Source: Aplysia californica
Lineage: Eukaryota
Assembly: GCF_000002075.1 (NCBI RefSeq)
Contig: NW_004797277.1
Location: forward strand, 1,786,934-1,850,933
Direction: 5' to 3'
DNA length: 64,000 nucleotides
The stretch's first letter is position 1. Each line of letters begins with the position of its first letter. Made by a program: the position numbers and the translations under genes. This document shows, piece after piece, positions 26,716-39,392 of this stretch. The notes under the pieces were generated by a model. That model was given only the letters and a program-made list of their open reading frames with translations. It ran no database searches and was not told where the DNA came from.

Positions 26716-27180
26716 TGGGTGGTTAGTGGGTGCTCTGGTGTGGTTTGCTCCTTTTTTACTTTCAAACCACTATCTTCCTCATCTCTCCTTTTTTGTGTAT
26801 GTTACTTTATTGTAACACCTTTAACTCTTTAAACCCTGAGTTTTTTTCCACCGTTTCCTGGAGTTTTTTGTACAGCAACCTAAACCTGATGTCTCATTAT
26901 AACCCCAAAAGCTTGCCTTCAACTTCTAAATGGCGGAAACAACGGCTTAGTCATTACTAAAAAAACTTGGTTCGGGAATAAGTCCGAAAAACAAGCAATA
27001 ACTAGCACAAAATGAAATAAAACAGTTATCACTAGTATCAAACGCTGGGAGCTTCCGATGGGAGCGTCTGATGGGGAACAAGGTTGTTACTGCGGGACTC
27101 TCCCAGCGTCCGATGGGGTTTAAAGAGTTAATCTTTGGCACTTATATGACATAATTGTGTTGCAAGTGCTGTAAAACTCT
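26716..27180 (+). repeat. Dispersed SINE-like repeat interrupted by a TTAA MITE; other copies at ~48488-48648, 59135-59300, 59940-60100
   Basis: Shared GCTCTGGTGTGGTTTGCT...CTAATCTTTGGCAC...ATTGTGTTGCAAGTGC. Confidence 0.7.
26825..27127. mobile_element. TTAA-targeting (piggyBac-like) MITE
   Basis: TTAA|CTCTTTAAACCC ... GGGTTTAAAGAG|TTAA. Confidence 0.78.
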
Positions 27181-27678
27181 TACAAAAACTGAACTCTGTT
27201 TTCTTGGTGGAATATGGTTGAAATTTGTTTTTGTCTGTGAAGTCCAAGGTTAATATGTGTGTAATTGAAGCCTTGAAAAACTTCCCTTAAGTTGAGATTC
27301 TGTGTCTAAGTTGTTTTTAATGTTACTGTAGGAATACAAGAGCTAGCATCTACTTTCTAGATCTAATATCAGCAACATATTAAAGCTCCACTCACTCGAC
27401 ACTGACAGAGAAAACAAGTTCAGATCTCGAGACTTTGTTGTTTTCGTGAAGACCACTTTATTACGTATGCGCTCATCAAGGAAGTTGCTAGTTTCAAATA
27501 CACAGATACTAAATTTCGGAACAGTACACTAAGCAAGTTTACCGAACAGCATGGGACGTGAGACATGAGGATAACAAGGATAGACGCCACATTACTCCAG
27601 GCATTGTCTGATTCAAAATGTTCCACAGTGTGAAGAGACATGCTGTGAATATTTAATGATGCCCTTATGTTATGTTAA

Positions 27679-27955
27679 CTCTTTATCTCTGGCAACCCGC
27701 TCCCAGCGGCTCTCGGCCGGAACTGGTGAGTCACTGGTAGCGGCTCGGGCACATTTCATACAGCGACTTCAACATCAAAATACTTTTCGGCAAAGTTTCT
27801 TTTACCGGAAGTTCATTCATTAGATCAAGTTCTATCATAATAGGTTCGCTAGTTTCAATTTAATGACCCATTTAGTGACATTTTTGTCATTTTAGGTTTA
27901 CTACCAAAATTTTAGGCCCAGGCGTAGTGGGTTCACCCTCCTTGGAGATAAAGAG
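27679..27955. mobile_element. TTAA-targeting (piggyBac-like) MITE
   Basis: TTAA|CTCTTTATCTC ... GAGATAAAGAG|TTAA. Confidence 0.75.
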
Positions 27956-28029
27956 TTAATTAACATTCCTTGGGAAAACTATTGCGTTATTGAGGAAAAT
28001 TAAATGTAAAAAAGAAGGAGGAATTAATA

Positions 28030-28790
28030 ATAGCCTTTAGAGTAAAAAAAGACCAGTTGTTACCACTATTTATTAAAGATGAGGAGGTGGAGGCGGTAAG
28101 CTCTTACAAGTATATTGGTATAACAATTGATAATAAACTTGACTGGCATCCCCACGCTACTCTTGTGCATTAAAGAGTAAATGAAAGAATGTTCCTTTTA
28201 AGGAAATTAAGAAGTTTGCGTGTCGATAATAAGATTGTGTCCCTTTTATACCATTCGATGATTGAAAGCGTGCTATTATTTTGTATTTGCTGCTGGGCTG
28301 GGAATTGTTGGGTGAAAGATAAAGAAAAATTTTACAGGACCATTAAGAAAGCCAGTAAGATCTCTGGATATGATTATTGCTAGAATCACCACAAGTATAA
28401 AAAAGATAAAAAGTATTATAAACAACCCATCACACCCCCTTTCCCACGCAGTGGCAGATATGTACCTCTAAAAACAAAGAAAGAAAGATATAAAAGAACT
28501 TTTTTACCTTCTAGCATAAGGCTATTTTCAGAATAAGCATAGATGTGTATTGCTCTTTAGAGTATGTATCTATATAATTCCAAAGGTCTTTTTATTAAAT
28601 TTCTGCATGTGGTTGAATGATGCATCTGATGTGATTAGTACATTTTGTCAGCTTTACTTCTCTTTTCATATTGAAATTTAATGAAAGTAATATATAATTT
28701 AAATTTGTATGTATACCTGCCTGTGTTTTTACTGTCCTGTACAGCCAAGAAAAATTTCCATCTAGGATAATAAAGTTTTATCTTATCTTA
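28030..28790 (+). mobile_element. 5'-truncated non-LTR retrotransposon (Rex1/Babar-like) RT C-terminus and 3' UTR
   Basis: VEAVSSYKYIGITIDNKLDW..*..RMFLLRKLRSLRVDNKIVSLLYHSMIESVLLFCICCW; in-frame stops; AATAAAG-(TCTTA)n tail. Confidence 0.8.
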
Positions 28791-28957
28791 AATTTTTGTT
28801 CCCCGAAAGCAGTCTCAAAAGCTACATCTCTTACAATAATCTGACCTTTTATTGTGATGCCTAACTTGCATTTGATAATCATTATGAGAATGAAAGTGTA
28901 AGTAAACATAATTTAAGAATCAAATGTATTTTAATGTGCTCTTTGTTTTCCTTTAAG

Positions 28958-29023
28958 GTCCTCATTGTGAATATTGTGAGGATGGCTTCTATGGGAACCC
29001 GGAGAGCAATGGAACATGCAAGC
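28958..29023 (+). CDS. ATRN: Attractin exon: laminin-type EGF 1b
   Basis: PHCEYCEDGFYGNPESNGTCK. Confidence 0.92.
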
Positions 29024-29689
29024 GTGAGTGTTATTGTCACTAGATTGTGCCAATGTTATAGTGTCAGAATGCTGGATGCAAGGTCATTCTGAGTTTCAGG
29101 ATTATTAAAGTGATCCAGTGTTTTTCTTTTTTTGTTTGTTATTTATATCCCCTTTTTGTAGGCAATGTTTAAATTTCTTTTTGTCTGGAATGTCTGTGGG
29201 GTTTTTTTTCTGTTTGTAGATGAAATGATGGGGTAAAAAAACATTATTTTCACAAGGTATAGATGTGAATGTTTAGAGAAAGATTGTATTTGGCTCTGTG
29301 AATATTGATGACTGGGTGCAAGACTCCAACTAATGCCAAATCACAAAAAGGCTTTTGTCAGTTTTGCATCCAGCAATTGATAGGAAGAAAATGTGGAAAT
29401 TTGTTGCTAGTAAAGCATTTTTTAGAAAGAATTAAAGGTTTGAAATTCTCGATGGCAGCTATATTTTGTTGGAAATGGTTCATTAAAGAAATTGTCAATT
29501 GGTGCAATCGAGTAGTACTTTGTAGTAAAAAACATTTTATGTTTATCACTGTTCTTAGACTCAAAGGAAGCAGTAGAGCCTATCAGTCCATTGGTTTCTG
29601 TAAAATCCAACAACACTAGTTGCATGGATCTCTTATCTCTGTCTTGTGCATTTTTTCTTCATATTTTCACTTCATTTCTTTATGTCCAG

Positions 29690-29783
29690 CCTGTTTCTGC
29701 AATGGTCAAGCTGATTCATGTGATCCTGTTACTGGCAACTGCTACTGTCGGACACGCGGGGTCACCGGCAAAACCTGTGAAAA
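29690..29783 (+). CDS. ATRN: Attractin exon: laminin-type EGF 2a
   Basis: CFCNGQADSCDPVTGNCYCRTRGVTGKTCE. Confidence 0.92.
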
Positions 29784-30789
29784 GTAAGAGGCGTAATGGT
29801 TTGTGTTTAATTGTGAGTAAAGAGAAGCACATTGTCACAACCGTAGCTACTTAGTAATGAGAAAAATCAGAGGGGGAAACAAAAAGGGGTAGTAAAGAAG
29901 TAGTACCTACTAGTGGTGCCCTCCAAATGGCTGTGTCTTGTGTAGTGTTTTTATTTAGCTGTGAAAAGGATATCAATGCCATTGAAGATGAAGTGCCAGA
30001 TCAGTTTTCGAGAAGTGTTTCATACAGTCCTTGTGTCTCTTTAATCAAAACCAAAAAGGATGAATGGTTGACTTTTATTAAATAGGAATACTCAGAATAG
30101 ACCTGAGCATGTATACATTTGGTATATTTATTTTGGGGTTTTGTTGGGGGGGGGGGGGGGGGGGGTTATCAGTCAGTATTAGTCACTGGCTGAAGAAGCA
30201 GATTCTATTTTTGCCTGCAGTTGAGATTGATAGGGAATATGTAAGGAGAATGGAAGAGGGAGAAGAGCAGAGGAGAATGATGTACAGAAAAGTGGAAAGA
30301 CCTGGAATAATATCAAGAAGCTTGTTCAAAGATAAAGAAAAATAGAAAGTTTTTGTCGAGGGCCTGATCCAGGTTGAGAAAGGCAATGATGATGAGGTGT
30401 AAGGAGAAATACAACAACACAAAATATCACCTGTACATATTTTAGCTTTTTTTTTCCTTTCAGTGTCTGTCATGATTTACCCAGTCAATTTTTGTTCCCA
30501 ACTATTTTGTGAAAAGTTAGTGACAGCTTTTTAGATATAGAATGTTTGTTTAGATATAGAACGTTTGTTCACATCTAGTCAGTGCGGTACTTAGTTTAAT
30601 TTTATTCTCCCAGTGATTCATTTTTAGCACATCCTGAAAATTTGTGTTACACATCGTACAACATACCTTACGATTTAATTCGTCACATGTTGTGATTCCA
30701 TTCAAAATACTTTTTAAAATACAATTACACACATCCAGGGATTCAATTCTAAGCGTGTGATTATATCATCATTCCTTGTCTCTGTGCAG

Positions 30790-30845
30790 GTGTGACACTA
30801 CTAACAGATATTCTGGCGACCCAAAAAATGGTGGCTTGTGTTACT
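30790..30845 (+). CDS. ATRN: Attractin exon: laminin-type EGF 2b
   Basis: CDTTNRYSGDPKNGGLCY. Confidence 0.9.
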
Positions 30846-31438
30846 GTAAGTCCAGATAGTTTCTGTTGGTGAAGAGAAATTTTTCAGAACTGAAATATGA
30901 AAATGCTTTTATGACTGTTCTATTTTCAGTGTTGTTACTGAAAGTGTTATGTTTCATATTGACAAAGCAGTTGGCAATATGTATATTTCTTAATGTGATA
31001 TTGTTATTATTTGATCATTTAAAGTGGAAAAGGTATTTATCAGATATATTTACTTTTGAAACAACAATGATTGTTTAAAGTTTTGTTGTAATATTGCACT
31101 GTGATCCTTATGGGGAGTTGTATGATAGGGACTATAATGATTCAACCCTTATAAGTTGAATTATAAGTAATGAATCTGTTTGATTCTGGATTTTAGTATA
31201 AAAAAATAACTTCTCAAATCCAGAATATCATGAGATTTGGAACAATCTAATCCAAGTTTGTGAGGTCATATTTATTTTGATGTAAAAAATATATATCTTC
31301 TGGTATTATTAATTCTAAAAGAAAAAAGGGAGGGTGAGAAAGTGCGCATATGTTGCTGTTAGTCATGTGAATTGAGTATGGATGTCAAGAATAAGGAGGG
31401 CTATCTTGTTTTATCTTTCTTCATTTTTCTTGAACCAG

Positions 31439-31533
31439 ATGAACTGAACACAGACTTCCAGTATACTTTTAATTTGTCCAAGAAAGAAGATGGCAACTAT
31501 ACGCAGATCAATTTCCTGAATGCGCCAACATCT
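31439..31533 (+). CDS. ATRN: Attractin exon: membrane-proximal domain
   Basis: ELNTDFQYTFNLSKKEDGNYTQINFLNAPTS. Confidence 0.93.
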
Positions 31534-31881
31534 GTAAGTCTGCTATACTGTGCCAAATATTTGTCTTAGGGACAGCTAGCAAAGGCAAAAGGGACCTACA
31601 GCTGATGGTTTTGTAGCCCACTTCTTCCCTTATCTTTTATGTTTTTACATGGACAGAACATTTTTCATCATATGACTGATTGTGAAATTATATATTCCAC
31701 TGCACGCAATGTTTTGGATATCTCATTATTTTTCTTAATTGATTTAAATTATTTGAGTTTTCTTATATGTTCAGTCATGACATATGCCAGTTTAATTTGT
31801 TCAGGTTTAATTAAATATTTTATGAATTCCATAATATTCTGAAGCTCTGAACTGCTGAAACAAATACATTATTTCTTGCAG

Positions 31882-31951
31882 AGTGACAAAGACGTTGACT
31901 TCACTCTGAATTGTTCCACTCCTGCATTGATAAACATAACTTACAGATCAA
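31882..31951 (+). CDS. ATRN: Attractin exon: membrane-proximal domain
   Basis: SDKDVDFTLNCSTPALINITYRS. Confidence 0.9.
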
Positions 31952-32528
31952 GTAAGTTTTCAGTATTTTTTTTTTTTTATTAGCTAATTTTAGACTCGCA
32001 TTGGTGGTTTGATATTTATTTTTTGACAAGGGTGTCTGCTGGGGAACCATCTTTGCTGTTAATGTAGAAGCCACTAACAGTGTGAATAGTATACAATAGT
32101 GCACCAGCTTTGTCAGAGCTGTTCATGGAGCTTTAGTTTTGTGAATAATCTTAGGGACATTGTTTATAGATTTATCTTTGTGGAGCAGGACAAGTTTCCT
32201 AAGATACCGTGTACTCCAATTGTGTAGAACGATTTTTATGTTCTATTGGTTGTTCGTGTTTTAGTCACAGCACCACCATCTTAAGTTATAATATTCTAAA
32301 TTCTTATCCGCAACTTACTTTACGGGCTAGTATTGTTCAGCCTATTATCAATCTCTGTCCCCAGTTTTGCCTCCTGTTAGGGAAACACTGCTGTTATCAT
32401 ACTTTGTACTGCCTTACTTCTAGGGAAACACTGCTAGTATTGTACTTTATACTGCCTTATTCTTGAATGTGTTTCGTATACTTCTGTTTGTTTTTTCTAG
32501 TTCTTAATGATTTATCAATGTCTTGTAG

Positions 32529-32680
32529 AGTCCTTCCCAGAGGAGAAGGAGTATGTGAGTGGTCGCATATGTGACTACTTCCGCACTAAGTTTGAACACA
32601 AGAACCATGCCTTCGGGGGCAAAGAGAACACTACCTTCTTGGTCTATGTGTACAACTTTAGGACACCATTCATTTTGCAG
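32529..32680 (+). CDS. ATRN: Attractin exon: membrane-proximal domain
   Basis: SFPEEKEY...FGGKENTTFLVYVYNFRTPFILQ; phase-0 GTAAGC donor. Confidence 0.93.
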
Positions 32681-34751
32681 GTAAGCCTATTTACATCTAT
32701 CTTATGAACTAAATATAAAACCAAAAAAAATTATCTGAAAAACTTGAATGACTCGGCCTCTGGGAAAAGTTTATCAATTTAGAATGGCGCAATAGACTCA
32801 AAATGAAAAAAAAAATTGATGTAATCGGTCCATTTTATGAAAGGTGTAAATTTTATCCACATAACCATCTCATGGGGATATCTTGGCTATGGATGCTCAG
32901 ATCATCATACTTTTGCTAGCAATAGCAATGAAAAATCATAATTTTATCCCAAACACAACGTTACTTCCTTGGACTGCGGTTTAAAAATTTTTTTTAATCC
33001 ATTGATAAAAAGTTATTGGGATTGTTTGTTCCAAACTTTTGGACTTTTGTGTGGGAAAATATCGCCAAAAAGTGGGACGTTACTTGATGTATTTTGAAGA
33101 AAAACTGTGTATAAGTCAGTGATGAATTGGAGCATATGAATGAAACTTGACATCTTTTTAGTGCAGAATCTAGTTCTATTATCACTTTTTTATTATCTTT
33201 ATTACTTTCGATTTTTAAGACAAATATTTACGTGAAAATTTGTTAAATTGCACAACATCGCTTGAACTGTAACCGATTCGGGGGCACAGGCTTGTGAGGC
33301 ATTGTGGAAAATTATGTAAGTTTTCAACTCATCTTTGCTTAAAAACTACTTTGGTCTAATTTTGAACATGCTTGGCAAAAATTAGTTGAATTTACTCTAC
33401 CTGATACCGAAACGATATAACTTCGATCTTAAAAAGAATCAGCGCTGTTCCATGATCACCCCTTCTACAACTTAACAAAGCGGTATAGGGAAAACACGCA
33501 ATGAACTCATTGGTGACGTGTTTAGTTTTAGGTGGCCAATCACATGCCACTTAGCAATCACATGCCTTTAGCATGCCGGCAGGATAGCTTGCTCAGTTTG
33601 TGACCCAGTTTCCGACTAAGTCTTTTATCACTGAATGGTTGATAACTTTAAGTTGATATGTAAAATGTACTGCACACAGAGATCTGAAATTAGACAGCAA
33701 TAAAGAAGACATTTGGAGTGCCTGCCTGGTTGACAACCAATCCACAGCTCTTAGTATTTCAGAAATGGAAGAAAATCATACAAACACAGCAATGTCTCCA
33801 GTTCTAGAAATATGTCGGCATTTGACACTGGCATGTAGTAAGTTTGGCCGCTCCTTTAGTTGGTTGCCAAGTTTCATTAATTTTTGTCTATGGGTTTTCC
33901 CGTAACTACTCAGAATTCCCATAACTATACTCAGAAGAAAGCCACCTCTAATCCCGAACTGCCCAAAAATTACCCCTCACACGGGACCTGATGTTCGACC
34001 CAAAGTGCCACTGGCGATTGGCATTGCTACTTTTGCTATATTTACTTTCATTACTAGAATGGTATATTTAAGAACTTATGGATATACGTTTTTTTACTTG
34101 TAAGTTTCCCTTCTCAGGGTTGTTTGAAACTTAAACTGATTTTGCATTCAGAATTGCGGGACCCTCTGTTCTCGACGCAGGACATTTTATTTTATTCTTA
34201 AATTGTAAAAAGTTACTGCAATGAATGTTTGTGAGAGAGAAACTTGGAAGTGTTGAAATGCACAATCCTCCTATTCAGAAAGATATAATTGAGAATCATT
34301 GTACAAGTGAAATCAAAGCCAGATGGCACACTTTTGGTCGATAGTACTGGGAAAAGATTTTACTCTGACTTCAAACAGAATCTGACTTTCAGTCATTGTG
34401 TTTATGTAAAAAAGTAAACATGAAATGCCCTGATGTTGTTACTTTTGAATTTCTAATCGCGTACTCTAAAGTTGAATCCTTGCGAGTGAGGAGGTAACTA
34501 AATGGTATTTTCTTTTTCCTTTAGCAATAAACACATAAACTCCTATCTGATATAACAGTATCTTCACTCTTATGAGGCTCATGTTGATTTCAATTCTACC
34601 ATATGAGTTGATGATATTGCTGTTAAGGTGTTGCGACTTATTAATAACTAAACATTTGTTTTAAAATGCATTTATTAATGTTTACATTGATGCAGTGTAT
34701 GAGGACCTCTTTATGTAGCTTATGAACATATCATCTTTATGAATTTTTCAG

Positions 34752-34810
34752 ATATCTTTCTCCCAGTTTCCTAAAATTGATCTAGTTCACTTTTTCGTAA
34801 CATTCTTTAG
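34752..34810 (+). CDS. ATRN: Attractin juxtamembrane/TM exon, variant A (predicted mutually exclusive)
   Basis: TTTCAG|ISFSQFPKIDLVHFFVTFF(S)|GTATGT; 59 nt, phase 0 to 2. Confidence 0.9.
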
Positions 34811-36670
34811 GTATGTAAAGGTCCTATGCCCACGTCTAGTGCAAACCCACTGATCTGCTTGTGTCCCGTTCTCTGTAGCTCGGATCCAGTGTCTGCATTG
34901 ATGTTGTGGCTTGGACATGTTGATTTGATGCATGTGGGTGTAGGTTTAACCCTCATTGTAACAATAGCCTGTCTTCAGTTTTGCTTAACGGTTCATTTTC
35001 ATTTCAACATGAGTCTTGTCAAATTGTACAAAATATAACAAAGATGGGGTATTAAATGGTAAATGAAACTGGAAATCAGAAGCTTTCACTTCAGCTTTTT
35101 ACTTTAGAAGAAGATGGCAGGCCTACGTTTAACACCCACATGTGACAAATCAAGTTGTCTAAAGAGGGGAAATCCTTTCTTCTTCCTGTCTTTTTTCTGG
35201 CATTTCATTTTTGTTTCCTGGTTTGTTTCTTTTGTTGCTCCTTCATTTATTTCTTTGTGGTGTCATAAGCCTGTCACTAATAGAAGGTGTTAGATGTAAG
35301 TAGAGATGAAAGATCAGGGAACTGCTTGTGAGATAAGATAAAAGCCGCATTTTGACGCTCAGAAAGTGGTAGGTCGGATAGTAAATGAATTAATTGAGGT
35401 TCAAAATGATAAAAGGATACATAATTTCAGTGTACAGTTTAGTCACACACTAATATTTATAGGTGTCTAATCAATATAGCATAATAGGGAAAACACAACT
35501 GTTTTCCTGTAAGAAAGGTTTATGCCTAGTGAAAACATTGCAGGAGAGAAGTGCAAGATAAATTGTAGGAATTGAATGACGTACATGAAAAGTTTGAATA
35601 TTTTGACAGCTTAGTTCGAACAAGGTATGATATCTTTTCTTAAGCTGGCTGAGAATGGCAGAGAATGAAGATCTGTGATGGCTGCTATTTGTTTTTGGAT
35701 CTAGCTATTTAGGAAGAAGTTCAGTAGATCTCTGCATTGATTCCTTCAAGCCTCAATTATTGTAGTGCTTAAGCTCTGTCCCACCTCAGCTCAGATTTCA
35801 TCCATTTAGGTCATTCAAGGATCCTGAAAATTTGCCGTTGATATCGATGTAGTGGAAAGTTCTCCAATATTTCTCTTGTGGCTCTCAACAACGTGATTAC
35901 TTTTTAGGGGTTGAGTGTTTTTTGGACCTGAAGCTTCACAAATCAACTCACTTGAGAGTTAAAGCTTTGACACAGCCTTCACAGCGCCTAATGCCCTCAG
36001 CCCTTCACAAGGCTTTCATTCACAACCCTCCTGTTCAAGTACCTCTTCTCACACTACTTTCCGTGCCAGCACATTAACATACATTAACATGAGCACTTAA
36101 AGTGGTAAGGGAGTCTCAAAAGGCTATCAAGTTGGTTTTACAAATGGTAGGTAAGTCAAATGGAAAAAGTTTATTTTGTGTTGCAAATTTGCTTGTGTTG
36201 TAAGTGACTTTCAGGCTCTCTGATCCTTCCTGCTATGAGCATCAGTGCTTCTTGTCATTGCCCTTTTCTTATGCAAGTCCCTTCACTACCATGGCTTTGC
36301 ATATTTGTGTCTTGTCAAAGTTATATTGGTCTTGAAAGTTCTCATTGTCTTGCATGTAACTTAGTGTTGGCAACAGATATAGACTAGAGGGAGAATTTGC
36401 AAATTCAGTAAATGTTGTGCTCATTTTGCATTTTGTTATGGCTGTTTTTCGTCCCTTTGTTTTGCTTTTATTGTGAGTGAATCTTGTTGTTTGTTTGTTT
36501 TGGTTTTTTTCTCTGTTCCCGTGCACTGTGTGGGCAGTTGAAGAACAGTAACCAGTTCCCCATGTCCAGCCTTGGTCCATGCTGCAATAATAGGCTCCTT
36601 GTTTTTGTCCATCACTAACAAGACAATCATGCATGTGCCTATGTTTGATGTGTTTACCTTTTCTTTACAG

Positions 36671-36729
36671 ATTTCTTTTGTTCAACCGGATAAAATCAAT
36701 CTTCTTAAGTTTTTTATAATTTTCTTTAG
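36671..36729 (+). CDS. ATRN: Attractin juxtamembrane/TM exon, variant B (predicted mutually exclusive)
   Basis: TTACAG|ISFVQPDKINLLKFFIIFF(S)|GTAAGT; 59 nt, phase 0 to 2; CACTAAC branch-site consensus near 36613. Confidence 0.82.
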
Positions 36730-38405
36730 GTAAGTTAAAACATTTATGGTGTGAAATGTTTATTCATATAACCATGCTAGTGGAATGGAAGAACTGTCTG
36801 AAATGTATACACTCACTCTCTCACTGTTATCCCTTATCATTTCACTGTTGTTGAGAACATTCAAATTGTTTGTGTTTTGAATATTGTCTTTTGAGGTGGT
36901 TGTGCAGAGAATTTGTTTTCTTGTCTTTTTATAATTTAACTGAAGCATGACTTTGACTCTTGTATGTCTTCATTAGTTTTTTTCACTCACCGGTATTCTC
37001 TCCCCCTCTCTCACTCTCTCTCTTTTTTGTTTGTTTATTTGTTACTTTGTCAATAAATGCAAATTAGTCTGTAAATATAAATAAAAGAAGCATAAATTCA
37101 GGTTTTATGTCTACCTTTCTTATGTGCTTTCTCTCAACTGCTTTAATGGTATCAACAGATTGCATTAAGAGTTAAAAGCTGAGACAAAAGATGTGAAAAC
37201 TGATGCTGTTGTCATTCAGGAGATTTTAAGAACAATCGGAAAACATTATTACTCTGGAGTCTGGGTGCAACTTTCAAGATAAATTTGTGCCCGCATTCAG
37301 TTCATTAACAGCTAGCAGACATTCGGTGTGATTTCTTTGTAATCTGGGGTTTTTTTGGTAACATCTTATGTTATCAAAGTCTTTGTTTCATTAGCTAAAA
37401 TCTGATTCATCTAGTTAAATGACTTAATAAATTTTATTTTAATTTCTGTCAACTCAATTCAAGTTCAGTTTTATACAATAGTCCCTAAGTATTTGCGTCA
37501 TCTGCACTCTGTGCATGAAAAAAAGTCACTGCTTTCTTGTAGATAAAGAAAACACTTTATTGAGTATTTTCTGGCAGAGCATGGCTTGGGGTGTAATTGC
37601 ACTGTCCTTGAAGCTCTTCTCTTCTTTTGATGATATTTTGCATAAGAAAGTGTTCTGTAGAGAGAATGTAGAAAAGATAAAAGTTGTTTTATTATTTTTA
37701 AATTCCCATGCATGGAGTACAGGTAATTTACACCTCAGTTTAGAAAAAAATGAAAGATTTATACCTTAGTATGCCCATTCAATCTATTTTATAATCTTTA
37801 CGTCATTTTGTGAAACTTGTATTTTTAAAGTTTCATCACAAATGGCGTTTGTTTCATTTAGTTGAAACTCAATCTCAGCACTTGTCAGTCACCCTCCAAA
37901 TAGCTGTTTTATTCCATCTCTACAGGCACTTTTCCACCCTTTAATCAACATGCAATGCATCTTTTCTTTTACCTCTGTTAATGAGATTGATTGATTGCTT
38001 ATGTAAATGAAGAATACCGATAATGAAAAGTGAAATGACTTTGAAAAGTTTGCTACTTTCATAGTTAATTTTATAAGGCCTGGCAAAAGTTGAAATGTAT
38101 GCTTTGAAATTAATTTGGACCTATGTTAGTAATAACAGATTCATTGTGCATGACAAGTCATGAGTCGGGGGCAGATTATGTTTCAGTAAACTGTTGATCT
38201 TGATTTTGTTATCACCTCTTTGTAGTGTTATGAGTTTTAGGATCAGGTATGTAATTAATTTTTAAAATATATTTTATTAAGCATGTAATCAGGGAAAGCT
38301 TTAGACAAATCCAAAACAAAACTTATGATTCAAAGAATTCTGTAGTGTCTGCAGTATTTTATTCAAACCCAATCCTACTCTTACTGGTTTTTCTACCTTT
38401 TTCAG

Positions 38406-38484
38406 CTGTTTTCTCTCGCTGGTGTTGATAGCAGCAGCACTGTGGAAAGTAAAACACAAGTACAACAGCTACAGGCGAAGACAG
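38406..38484 (+). CDS. ATRN: Attractin exon: TM C-terminal half and basic stop-transfer
   Basis: CFLSLVLIAAALWKVKHKYNSYRRRQ. Confidence 0.94.
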
Positions 38485-39392
38485 GTTGGGACAATTTATA
38501 GAACGTATTTTCAACTGAGGGTTTATGGGAGTCCAATTTTGTTCTTGGAATTTTTGTTGTTGTTGTGAAAGTTTAGTCATTTGAAAAAAAAAATAGAATT
38601 CACCAGTGTCTGTGGGGTAATGGTTTTAAACATTTTGCTGTCACACACAGAAGATGTGAGTTTGATTCCCATGTGTGGGGAATTCTTATCGAGTATTTCA
38701 GTCTTTCTGCTGGGAAGTTCTATCCCTCTCACAGGGTTACCCTGACAGGCAGGGTTGAAGCAGCACACCTCCTAAATATTGTGAATATTGATGACCGGAG
38801 GGTAAAACATCTTCAGTTTTGTGGGTCTTTTTGGTCCTTTTTTATATATACATTTTATAAATTCACATATATTTTAGTTATGTTAAGCTAATTCACTGGA
38901 CTGGTTCTTTTTGTGGAAAATTTCTGTTCGTTCAAAATTATTTTTAAAAATGTTCCTACTTGAAATGTTTCCTTTTAGCCTAGTGTCTGGTGGGGAACTA
39001 AGTACTTCACCTTTGAAATGACCATCATGGTATTAAGTAGGATGGAATCATGCAAGCTGACCCTTGGAGGGTATACTTAACAAGGAGATAGTGTTTTAGT
39101 TTTTATCAACAATGGTAATAGCAATTGTCTCAGAGAGCTTGTGTATTTGAGTGCTATAATTTTTTATTGAATGTTCTTTAAATAGTTGATCGTGGTAAGA
39201 TTTATATAAATTGGTCTTTAAACTATTGACGTGTTACAAAGATCTTGAATTTTTTATTTTTTTTTGCATGCAGCTTATCATGTTCTTATAAGAAAGTATG
39301 AGTTTTCAAGAAATCTTTAATGATATTTTTATGTTGAAAATTTCCAAAACTATGGTGCAATACAGTGGGCACACCTTTTTGTCTTTTTGCAG

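Noticed and set aside
32745-33625. Possible TIR element in the intron before TM exon A
   Set aside because: The inverted match is weak and I could not identify a TSD.
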